From Pecten maximus (Eukaryota): a stretch of DNA of 64,000 nucleotides. Each line of letters begins with the position of its first letter. Within the stretch, counting starts at the first letter, position 1. The translations under genes and the position numbers were made by a program. The stretch lies in assembly GCF_902652985.1 (NCBI RefSeq), contig NC_047025.1:6572001-6636000 (forward strand), read 5' to 3'. Below are positions 1-11,439 of this stretch, in pieces. The notes beneath the pieces are model-generated. The model searched no databases. It worked only from the letters and a program-made list of their open reading frames with translations, and was not told where the DNA came from.

Positions 1-109
1 TTCACTACAGGAAGATAGTAGTACGCAGTAGTAACCTATGGGCGCAAAAGACCCTCCCCTATCCGGCCCCTCTTAAAACCGCTGAATAAATTTTCACGTC
101 ATCCAAAAC

Positions 110-370
110 CGCGCGCAAGTATTTACCACCACCCCATCAACAAAACCGCAGGGAAATATTTACCACCACACCATCAACAAAACCGCGGGAAATATTTACC
201 ACCACCCTATCAACAAAACCGCGGGAAAGTATTTACCACCACCCCATCAACAAAACCGCGGGAAATATTTACCACTACCCCATCAACAAAACCGCGGGAA
301 ATATTTACCACTACCCCATCAACAAAATCGCGGGAAATATTTACCACCACCCCACCACCATCCAAAAACG
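110..370. repeat. Tandem repeat, ~36-37 bp unit (ATTTACCACCACCCCATCAACAAAACCGCGGGAAAT), ~6-7 copies
   Basis: Units start at about 121, 158, 195, 231 and continue to ~350; read directly from the sequence. Confidence 0.9.
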
Positions 371-899
371 AGGAAGCCTTTCGTGGTATGAACTCTCTTC
401 CATTTGAAACCCCTCGGACGACTTTGGTTGGTCAATTTTCAATTCTGACATCACGCAATGAACACACTAAGTAAACAATAATGTTTCTAAACGAGCTCAT
501 CTCCACGAATAATCCTGATTTTATACATATGTTGTCATTACGATGTCATGTGCATTACTAAATTATAAATTTATAATCCCCACCCCCAATACAATTTGTT
601 AAAATGACGAAAAAAAACTGACATAAGTTTTAAATGGAAGTTAGTCTGGAGAAAAAGATAAGAACGGTAACAGAATAATATTTGTACATTGGCTTGGTCA
701 ACTAAAGTAAATAAAAGTTGTTAAAATAACAAAAGAAAACAAAAACTGAAAATAGTTTTAAATGGAAGCTAGTCTGCAGAAAAGGATATCAAAAGTATAT
801 AAAGAAAGGGAACAGAATAATATTTGTACACTTGTTTGGTCAACTTGTGAATTATTTTGAAACTGATTCGAGGTATAACACTCGATAAGGTAATAGCGG

Positions 900-1058
900 T
901 CACGCAATTGTCTTAACGTGACAATCAGCCACGATCAAAGACAGCGTCCATGATTAACTATCGTGATGATATTGAGTAATTTCGGTCAGCAGACTGGTAT
1001 ATATACGACCATAGGTCAGTCGTACTGTACACCAGATCTTACAGACCTCGGACAGACA
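900..1058 (+). promoter_or_regulatory. Conserved proximal promoter/5'UTR of the Cys-rich peptide gene (TATATATA at 998-1005, TCAGT at 1016-1020)
   Basis: A near-identical block lies upstream of all four gene copies (~7990-8148, 18403-18565 on -, 19825-19987), with a TATA box ~60 bp before the ATG. Confidence 0.6.
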
Positions 1059-2617
1059 ATGAACTCCACCTTCGCTTTAGTTCTTGTAGGCCTCTTGGGT
1101 AAGTTTAAATTATTTCGAATTATCATTTAATTAATGATTATTGTTTAGCTCTGCTGTACCTAACTCTCAGCTTCTACTAAAGGTGCTAATATATTGTGCA
1201 TAATCATGTGTGATTGCAGGTGGTAGACTGCTTGACATATCCTAATTGATTTCACCTGCCATTCATTTAAAATTCAGTATTAAAACAAAACATTTTGGCT
1301 TTAATCTATCTAACGATCAGATTCTACTGAGAGATGTTAATATCTGGTGTCTTTTTGGCAATTCTTACAGCTCGGAACTTTCAAGATACCAATATAATGT
1401 TTAATATATCACTTTGTTGCTCAATCCTTGGTCAAAGTATATTGCCAACAAAGGCTACGGAAGATGCCAAAGAATTGATAATTCATTCGTCTTCTTACTT
1501 GATACAATACGGATTCTTGAACCTAAAAAGCGTTGTCTTAACATATGTAGTCAGAATTCTACCATGTACATTATCTTAAGCGTCATTGTCTTAAATATTT
1601 AAAGTAGATATTTTGTTTTTTGCTTTGTTTTACTGAGATCCAGCATGACAAACTCATTGAAAAGACCTTTCCTAAATATTCGACTTGAAATCGCATGTCT
1701 TGAATCGTGTCTTAAACTCTTAGGGCCTAAAGATTTTAATGGATTCAATAAATGCTTTGTAATTATGAAGATATTTCTTAAATCGCCTTATTTGCACCTG
1801 TTTCTAGCGGCTGTTGTGTACGGCGAGATTTGCAAGAGCAAGAATGATTGCGCAGACACTACTTGTCATAGCGGTATGATCGAATGTGTTGCGATCTCTG
1901 GTAACCACTTGTGCACGTGCATTCACGGCGATATGGACAATATTAGTAAGTATATACTGTATTCTGCAAAATAAGTAAAAGTCACAAAACAGTTGTACAC
2001 GGTTTAAAAATAAGAAACACTAAGCAAATACATTTATACTTTCAAAACATTCATTTAATTTCCATTTCTGCTTCGTATAACGTTTAAGTACGAATAAGTC
2101 CTAAGTTGAAAAAAAATACTATCACGAATACATTAAGAGTTTCCATTCTGTTATCATATTCCTTGGAATATACACAGCACAGATGCTACAACCTCATATT
2201 ATACCATAGATTGTATATATTCCTTTTAAATATCAACAAAATTGTTAATATTTTATATCCTTTGTTGCATAACATGTCATAAATCGATATTCTGTTACCA
2301 CGATTGGCTGTGAAATTAATAAGGTTAGAAATGGTGGACTCCTCATTAGGCATCTTTCTTGACCAATGATTTTCTGTTTATATCCTGTGTACTTTGACAA
2401 TAACCAGGGTAGAGGAATGCTTGTTTATCTTAAAATGTTTCCATTATTTCCTGCAGATTGTACTGCCAGGGCTGACTGTCAGATGGACTCTGTTTCCATG
2501 GACTGTGATAACAGTCTAAGACACTGTTACGACGAGACCTGTCGCTGTGAGGGCCATGGACACCAACACACACACCCACCTCATCCAACCCACCCTCCCC
2601 ATGGCGGAGCTCATTAG
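1059..2617 (+). CDS. Secreted 12-Cys peptide with His/Pro tail, Cvsi-like (MEROPS I84) serine protease inhibitor, copy 1 (112 aa)
   Basis: Exons 1059-1098, 1808-1945, 2457-2617; GT-AG phase-1 introns; total 339 nt. Protein: MNSTFALVLVGLLAAVVYG|EICKSKNDCADTTCHSGMIECVAISGNHLCTCIHGDMDNINCTARADCQMDSVSMDCDNSLRHCYDETCRCEGHGHQHTHPPHPTHPPHGGAH. Signal peptide, 12 Cys, CTC and HC-x4-CRC motifs match the Cvsi/I84 pattern (family assigned from memory, not by search). Confidence 0.85.
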
Positions 2618-3965
2618 AGGTAAAAGGTCCCAGATATCTTTATCGCTCTTCTTCTAAACGCTTTCCATTCCGGAACATCTTATCTTATTCTCCTTGGACA
2701 TTGTCAAAGGTTTCATGCAAATCTATATTTTCTAACTGTATCGATCTTGAGATAGAATTGTCTTAAAGTGGATATTTTCTATGTTTTTGAAAAGAGTAAC
2801 TAACAAAGTTTACAAACTCGTAATCAAAAATGTATTTAATTCCCGGCATTGTCAGAGTCTGTGGCACGCCTTCTTTATGCCATTTTTGTTGAATGAACCT
2901 TTTGTCATGTCTACAGACTGATGGTTATATTTCTCCACTAATATTATAGTTACATAATAACATATTATTGTCAACCGCTAACTTATTTGCATAACAAAAA
3001 TTTAACTGTTCCTCTGCTGGTCTTTAACTGGTTGTCAGTTGACCATCAACTGATGAGTAATCAATTCGGATCTGTATATATATAATATTGGTATTGGACA
3101 CTGTATCCATCCCTAGACCTCTCTTAAAAAGTAACCATTTAAACATGCTAGCTTGTTTTTGCATTGGAAATCAAAACATGATTTTGCATGGTACGGTTTC
3201 TATATAATTTTTAAAAGCTTATATGTTAAAAGTGCCGATAAAATTCGGGCACAGAAAAGTTAATTCAATGTATGTATCCGATCAATTTGCACGGCATTGA
3301 TTGATTTAGAGAATTAGATGAACCATCTGTTTCACAGAGTTAACTTTGATTAACTGTCGTACTATCATTTCACCAGACAGAATGTAACAATCGTTGTTGT
3401 ATACAAGCACTGATTTGTTTTCTATAATTTCAGGACAAATACTCGCCTGGTGATTCTTTGAATTGTTACCTGTCAATCCAGCACAATTCTGAAGCTATAG
3501 CCGAATTATTTCCCCTGTTACACTGTTATGAATTGAAATTAAAATGTATTTATTTATAAACTGTTGATCTACTTGTTGCTTAACATGAATCCAATAATCA
3601 TCCGACACCGACTGACAGTACTAGTACTAAATGTACTGATTTGTAAGATCCCCGTACAGGAGGTTGAGACATGTGATGACTGGTTTATAAAAGGTCCTTA
3701 ACCACGTATAACTTATATATAAACAACCTCAATTTCTCTTCTAGTTTGTTTTAGTATAATCGACGAAAATAGTTGGGACAATGAATCAGTGAGGGGTCAG
3801 AATTAGTAGGACAATTCATGGATCAGTGAAGAGGGTGACTCCGAATGATCAGTAATTGATGCCTTGATGAACCAGATTTTAATATATAATAACACGTTGT
3901 TAAAAATAGTCGCACTTTCGGTTGATTGATTGCCAGTGAAGACATGCGAGATAGTCATTAACGAC

Positions 3966-4068
3966 GGTTTTGTTTTGTTTTGTTTTGTTTTTGTTTAACG
4001 TCCTATTAACAGCCAGGGTCATTTAAGGACGTGCCAGGTTTGGAGGTGGAGGAAAGCCGGAGTACCCG
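3966..4068 (-). mobile_element. 5'-truncated V-domain SINE fragment
   Basis: Matches the 3' part of the full SINE at 39818-40044 (TTTAACGTCCTATTAACAGCCAGGGTCATTTAAGGA...GGAAAGCCGGAGTA) and has an (AAAAC)n tail. Confidence 0.8.
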
Positions 4069-5359
4069 ATCTGTGAAGAAAAGATCACCAGGGTGACTCC
4101 GAATGATCAGTAATTGATGCCTTGATGAACCGGATTTTAATATATAATTAACACGTTGTTAAAAATAGTAGCACTTTTGGTTGATTGATCGCCAGTGAAG
4201 ACATGAGAGAGAGTCATTAACGACGGAGGTTGTAACTTGAACAAAACGGATTTAACATTGAGATCTCAGGAAATGTTATCTACAGATATAATTCAACATA
4301 CAGTATGCATGCTGCTTAAATGTCCTTAGGATAGGGTTTGAAAAGAAAAGTGATCGAAATGACGTGTGTCCTTAAGTGTAATGTACATACAGTGTTATAA
4401 AATCACATATACAGATAATAATAAAATAATAATAATAATAATACATTCCATTCGCGGCCAACCATCTGCCTCTGTTCATACCAAAATGAGCATGTATATG
4501 ATTTATAGTTTTATTTGCAGCAATCTGTTCCTGAATTTCCTAGTTATGAAATAATTGTGTGTAAAGTCGGGTTCTAAAAGCATTTAATTCTGGTGCTGTA
4601 TATATAATGTTTGCGAGGTGGTCTCTAATTCGTTGACTATGAGGCAGCTAGTTCTTTTTATCAACGTTGACGTGCCACTTTTCTACGTTAAGCATGTAAT
4701 TCACTGACAAAGTGAAACGAAGGGAGATAACTACATGTATGTTAGATCAGAATGGTGTACGAGTACGAAGCTATATATTCCATCATCAAAATACCGAAAA
4801 TAGTTTAGACTTTTGTGTTTCCCAATTAATTGTATCCTGTAGGTAGATCTCTGCTTTGTATACATTGAAGCAGAAAATAATCAAATTAAGATAATATTAT
4901 CTAAGGAAAGCCACCATATCAGGTTTAGTCACGTGTCGTCTTTCCGCGTTCGTCATGCTCGAGAGCGCACATCACCAAATACAAGCAAAATACTTCATAT
5001 TTCCTCAATTGTTTGCGCAAAAGGAGGGGAATAACATCATCCACATGGAACCTCTCATACGGCCGCATGGGAATCATTCAGGCATTTATGATAGACTTCA
5101 AGTTTCACTTAACACAAAAAAGAAACATGGAATAAACAATAGATAATACATAACGTCTTTATGTTATAAATGTGAATTTTTACATCATTTATTGACATTC
5201 CCAGAATGTATACCATTTTAATTGGTATACGTGTATACGTTTTGACATGTCGTTCACGACTTGATCATTTGTTGTCGGTACTCACATGATCTGTCTTCGA
5301 AAAGGCCCAGTTAATAAAATGAGTGAAATGTAGAGAAGTGCTGTCATTTGTTTCACAAT

Positions 5360-7760
5360 TTACGAGTGCGGTGAGGAATATTTAGTAACTACGTAAACGT
5401 CCGAGTATCCCATAAGAATTTCCATGTTGGATTCGGACCCTAACATTTTGTCCGATTTCAAATGGAGTTGCTTCCCTTGTGCATTGTCGAGATACTGTGT
5501 TTTGAAGGATATTTCACTTTCAAGAGTTCCCTTTACTTTTAGAGCTAGTTTTGGTTTCAATAACTTCTCGGTCGTTGGTAACTTGGTTCTTGTTCTGCGA
5601 CCAATGAGTCATTGCGCAGGTAACCTAAGTTAGCGTCAAGTCTCGCTGTGCATTGCTGAAAACCAATATTGCAAGGTATAGATTACGTCCATTTTATTAT
5701 TGTTTTCATTGCCTTCTCGGCCATTGGATTTTAGAAACATGGGACTGGAGGGTCTGTGTTCGATATCAAACTCTTTTATGATTTTTCGAAATTCGTGACA
5801 AAGTGTGGACCTTTGTTAATCATAGTGGATCTGGTATTCCACGGCTTGCAGACTGTTATTTGCAGTTGATTTATGGAGTCTCACTCCCGGTATCCATTAA
5901 CATGGACACTTCAAAGAATTCTACCAACACTAAATAATGATCACCATCTTGCTAACACAAATCACCACCTACTATAAACCATTGCCTTGATGGAACCTCA
6001 TGTGGTATTAGTTGTTCTTACGACTGGCTGATCTTGTTTGTACAATTGACACTTAATCAAAGACCTCTTACATCTGGCTATTTGTCTGCAATGTTCTACT
6101 CCCAAATGAGATTCCTGATTTTTTTCCTAACACAACTCACCTCAATACAAATGAAGTAGCACGCCTTTCATATGTTAGATCGTACCACATCATACACTAT
6201 AAGCTTGTCCCGAAAATTGCATTAAGCTAATGCTGATGACAGAACATCACACCTGTCGTTTGGCCTTGCATAGAGAATAAATTGTTAGAGAAACTCTCAA
6301 TGTCGGGGCTTGTTTTGTTTCCTGCTTGACTGCTGACACATCAAAAAATACGTACAATGTAGTCATCCTCCATGTTTGTCGTGTCTCGACATTCAGGCAA
6401 GTACATTAGTACTTAAAGCATCGGCGACATGGAACTCTTTTTCAAGTACTAAGTGTATATCAAAATCATAGGCTTGTATCGTCAGTAGCAGTTGTAGTCC
6501 GCTAAGTATAGTGGTTTCTTCACTATAAGGTTTGCGATCGGATTGAAACTAGACTTTCTTTCGGTAGTTGTACTGATATTAGATGTTTGTTGCTAGTAGT
6601 GAATACTACCACAAGCATCTTCTCAATATGTACATAAGTTTTTTGTGCAATGTATTGTACCGTGCCCATGAACCTAATCAATGCTGTACTCTTGTTTAGA
6701 TATTTCCTTAATTACTTTCACTTTCACGGCACACGGTTTTAAACCCTGCGTGCTGAATGTATGGTCAATGAAGTTAACTGTTATCTGACTCCTTGAGGTT
6801 AACACGTTAGCATTTCTAGTTCTATCGAAGATTTAACGTAGTGTAGTACCGTGTTAATTGCCAGTCTCGCCCGCTATGAGAAAATCATCCGTGATGGTTC
6901 GACATCCTAAAGGTCCTTGAAAATGTCTGTTATAGCCCTCCAAAAACCTAAATTACAAATAAGTACGCCGAAAACGTATAACGTCCAAGCGGGTGTTAAA
7001 TGTGCATAAATTGCAGCTTAGCTAATCCAGCTACATCTGCAAGAACCTTGACACTGCGTTAATTTTTGAAAAAAGTATTTGCCTCCATCTACTTTGATAT
7101 TTGAGGTTGATACAGATGCGGAGTTTTATTGTTCGCCACCACCGTAGAGTTAATGACCGGTATCACTGTTAGGTCGATTTCAATGTGATGTTTATAGAAT
7201 TTAGGATCCCTTCATTTCATTCGTTTAGAATATATTGCCTTGTGCTGTTTCTGATTAGACTACACCAACTCTCTTTACCACTCTCTATCAGTTTTAACTT
7301 TTGTCTTGATGCAAATCCGATAACAGGCAACGACATGACAATCTAGCATGCTACCACTAACCTACCAACAGTTTACATTCTCCTGACTGCAAGGACGTAA
7401 AAAAATGTTGACATTTTCCATTTTTTATTTTCGTTTGCACCCGTGGCTCTGTCAGATTTTATACTGTGCCCCATTGTCTATCTTAAATTTAATTGCTTTG
7501 ATTTTCAGCTTCACAAACCATTCGTCATCCTTTCCTGGAGTGGTCGCTCCCACTTTGTCTGTATGACCAGTTCCGATAAAGAATGACTCGTAATATCCAA
7601 TCTATGTATGTGTCAATCAGCTGTACGTTTCCCCTTTTTGGTTTAACCTTTAGGAGGGTTGCATCACTAATTACCTTGACCTCGTCCTACCGGCTTGTTT
7701 TGTTCAGTTCTATAATTTATACCTCTATCATCTCAATTTAAACTTTATTTCAGAATTGCG
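5360..7760 (-). mobile_element. Degenerate Ty3/Gypsy LTR retrotransposon pol remnant (copy A)
   Basis: Reverse complement of 11440-13810. Frameshifted integrase C-terminal motif PAQxLxGRRTRTKLP near 5575-5625, plus RNase H and RT fragments. Confidence 0.75.
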
Positions 7761-8148
7761 GAATAAGTTAAATGAATTTTTTTTCTTTGTCAATAAAAGT
7801 TAAAATAAACAAAAAAAAAACAAAAAACAAACAAACCCTGAAAATAGTTTTAAATGGAAGCTCGTCTGCAGAAAAGGATATCAAAGGTATATAAAGAAAG
7901 GGAACAGAATAATATTTGTACATTGGTATGGTCAACTTGTGAATTATTTTGAAACTAATTTGAGGTATAACACTCGATAATGTAATTCGTCACGTGATTG
8001 TCTTAACGTGACAATCGGCCACGATCAAAGACAGCGTCCATGGTAGACTATCGTGATGATATTGAGTAATTTCGGTCAGCAGACAGGTATATATGCGACC
8101 ATAGATCAGTCGTACTGTACACCAGATCTTACAGACCTCGGACAGACA

Positions 8149-9599
8149 ATGAACTCCACCTTCGCTTTGGTTTTTGTAGGCCTCTTGGGTAAGTGTAAAA
8201 TTATTTCAAATCATTATTTAATTAATGATTATTATTTTTTAGCTCTGCTGTGCCTAACCCTCAACTTCTACTGAAGGGTGTTAATATCTTGTGTTTACTA
8301 TGTCCTGCTTGAAACATTCTAATTCATTTCACCTGCGTCCATTTAAAACTCAGTATGGAAACAAAACATTTTGGCTCTAATCCATCTTAACGATCCAATT
8401 CTACCGAGAGATGTTAATATTATGTTTTTTCTTTGGACAATTACTACAGCTCGAAACTTTCAAGAAACCAACATAATGCTTAATATAACACTTTGTTGCT
8501 TAATCCTTGCTTAAAGTATATTCCAATCAACCAGTGACAATAGTGACTTCTTGATCCTAAAAAGATTGTCTTAACAAATAAAATCAGAAGTCTACCATGT
8601 AAACCATTTTATACGTCATTGTCTTAAATATATAAAATGAATATATATATATTTTTGTTTTTATGAAATTTACGACGAGATCAGGCATGGCAAACTCAAA
8701 TGCTCAAATGTATGCCATTATGAAGGTACAATTACTAAAATCGCCTAATTTTCACCTGTTTCAAGCGGCTGTTGTGTACAGCGAGATTTGCAAGAGCAAG
8801 ACTGATTGTGCAGACACTACTTGTCAAAGCGGTATGATCGAATGTGTCGCGATCTCTGGTAACCACTTGTGCACGTGCATTCACGGCGATATGGACAAAA
8901 TTAGTAAGTATACGTATAAGTTTGTACTCAGCAAAAGAAATAAAACGGTTAACAAAGAAAAAATACATGTTAAGCGTCATAACATTAATTTAATTTCCAT
9001 TTCTGCTTCGTATAATGTTTAAGCACAAATAAGTCATCAGTTTGAAAAAATACTATCACGAATACATTCAAAGTTTCCTTTCTGTTATTATCATCCTTGA
9101 AATATACACAGCTACAAGTGCTACAACCTCAGATTATACCATAGCTTGTATATATTTCTGTATGTTCTCTTTGATATCTTGAACAATATCAACACAATTG
9201 TTAATGTTTTGTATCTTTTGTAACAGAACATGTCATATATGGATATTCCATGACCACTATTGGCTGTATTATATATACCGTTCATATTGTTAGACTTCTC
9301 CTTATTTTTAAGATATTTTTCATGATCAAAGTGATTTTTTTTAATGTTTATATCCTGTACACTTTGATTATAGCCATTCAGTGTAGGGGAATGCTTGCTG
9401 ATCTTGAAATGTTTCTATTATTTCTGCAGATTGTACTGCCAGGGCTGATTGTCAGATGGACTCTGTTTCCATGGACTGTGATCAAAGTCTAAGACACTGT
9501 TACGACGAGACCTGTCGCTGTGAGGGCCATGGACACAACCATGGAATGTTTACCCATCCACCTCATCCTACCCATCCTCCCCATGGCGGAGCTCATTAG
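8149..9599 (+). CDS. Secreted 12-Cys peptide with His/Pro tail, Cvsi/I84-like, copy 2 (115 aa)
   Basis: Exons 8149-8188, 8766-8903, 9430-9599 (348 nt, open frame). Tail GHGHNHGMFTHPPHPTHPPHGGAH. The exon 2 acceptor is AAG instead of TAG. Confidence 0.85.
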
Positions 9600-11439
9600 A
9601 GGTAAAAAGTCTCAGATATCTTTATCGCTCTTCTCAACTCTCAACGCTTTCCATTCCGGAACCTCTCATCTTATTCTCCGTGGACATTGTCAAAGGTCCA
9701 ATGTAAATCTATATTTTCTTATTGTAATATTTTTTGGTATATTGCTTTAGTTTTATCGATATTGAGATAGAATTGCAGTTTCGTCTTAAAGTGGATATTA
9801 TCTCCATCTTTTAAAGTAGTAGCTAACAAAGTTTACTAGCTCTGGATACTTTTCCTGGCAATGAGGCGTTTGTCTTAATAAATAAACAGCTATATAGACA
9901 ATATGGGAAATCCTGTACACATGCATAGTTTAGCTTTTTTTCGCACTGAAGACATTCCTCTAACATAGAACTGCGCTAATAATACTCACTTTCTTTATAT
10001 TGCTTTCTACAAGCATGTGGCGGGTGCATTCATTATCGCGTTAATCTTTTCATTTTCGACTAAGCGCGAAAATGTGTGTGCACCAACAAATTTTGGTTTA
10101 CAATATACATGTATATAAGAGACAATTATCTTGGATGATCAACATATACGTGCTTCCCTTACTCTATGTTAAAACCCGTCAGAAATACCGTTTGAGCAGA
10201 TGAAGTTTGCCGTTAAGGAACAGGTTTTTGCATATACCTTGATACGCCAATCACATTGTATGTAATCATAGATTAGCGATTATTTTCTAATAAAATGATT
10301 TAATTTTTAAACAAACAATAATGTAAATATGAAAAATAATGTCATGTTCATCTTTGGTAATCAAACATTTATTCAATTCCTGGCATTGTCAGATCCTTTG
10401 GAACACCTTTATCAATCTTGTTTGACCCTGTGTCATGGCTAACGATTGATGACTATATTGTTGCCACGCGCTAACTTATTTGCATGGCAAAACTTTGACC
10501 GTTCCATAGCTGATCTTCGCCTGGTTATCAGTTGACCGTCAACTGAGTAATCAAGTTGAATCTGTAAAGATAATGTTGTTATGGGAACTGGTATCTATCA
10601 CTGTACCTGTCTTAAAAGTAACCATTTCAACATGATCGCTTGTTTTTACAAAACTAAAACATGAGTGGCCTTAGTACGGTTTCGACATACTTTTTAAAAG
10701 CTTACATGTAAATACATGTACATAAGATTTGGGCACAAAATGTCAATTCAAATTAGGTATCCAGTCAGTTTGCACGGCATTGATTAATTTAGAGAATTAG
10801 ACGAACCATTTGTTTCACAAAGTTAACATTTGATAGACTGCCATACTATTATTTTACCTTACAGAATATTATAATCGTTGATGTATATTGATTTCTTTTC
10901 TATAATTTCAGGACAAATACTCGCTTGATGATCCTTTGACTTGTTACCTGCCTATTAAGCGCAGTTCGGTACCAATTGCCACATTATTTTCCCTGTTACA
11001 CTGTTATGAATTGAAATTAAAATGTATTCATTCATAAATTGTCGTTTATCTACCTTTATACTTAACATGAGTCATATAATCCTCCCACACCGAAAAGCAG
11101 TACTAGTTCTAATTGTACTGATTTGAAAGCCTCCTCTACAAGGTGAGACAGGTGATGGCTTATTCATAAAAGGCCCTTAACCATGGATAATAACTTAAGT
11201 TCTCTTTTGAGTTGGCAAGATATCAACAACCACAATTTCTCTTCTATTATTTTAGTGTTATCGTCGAAAATAGTTGGATTAATGAATCAGTGAGGGGTCA
11301 GAATTAGTAGGACAATTCATTGACCAGTGAAGAAAAGATCACCAGGGCGACACCAACTAATCAGTAATTAATGGTTTGATGAACTAGTTTGTTTTTAGAA
11401 TAATCGGCGAAAATAGTTGGAACAATGAAGAATGAATCA

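Noticed and set aside
1334-1602. Similar ORFs recurring in intron 1 of several copies (also 17923-18138, 20113-20484)
   Set aside because: They reflect intron paralogy; frames and stops are not conserved between copies.
9250-9750. ORFs such as MRAMDTTMECLPIHL (also 16651-16875, 21191-21598, 21303-21611)
   Set aside because: They are alternative-frame or antisense readings of exon 3; only the Cys/His frame fits the splice phase.
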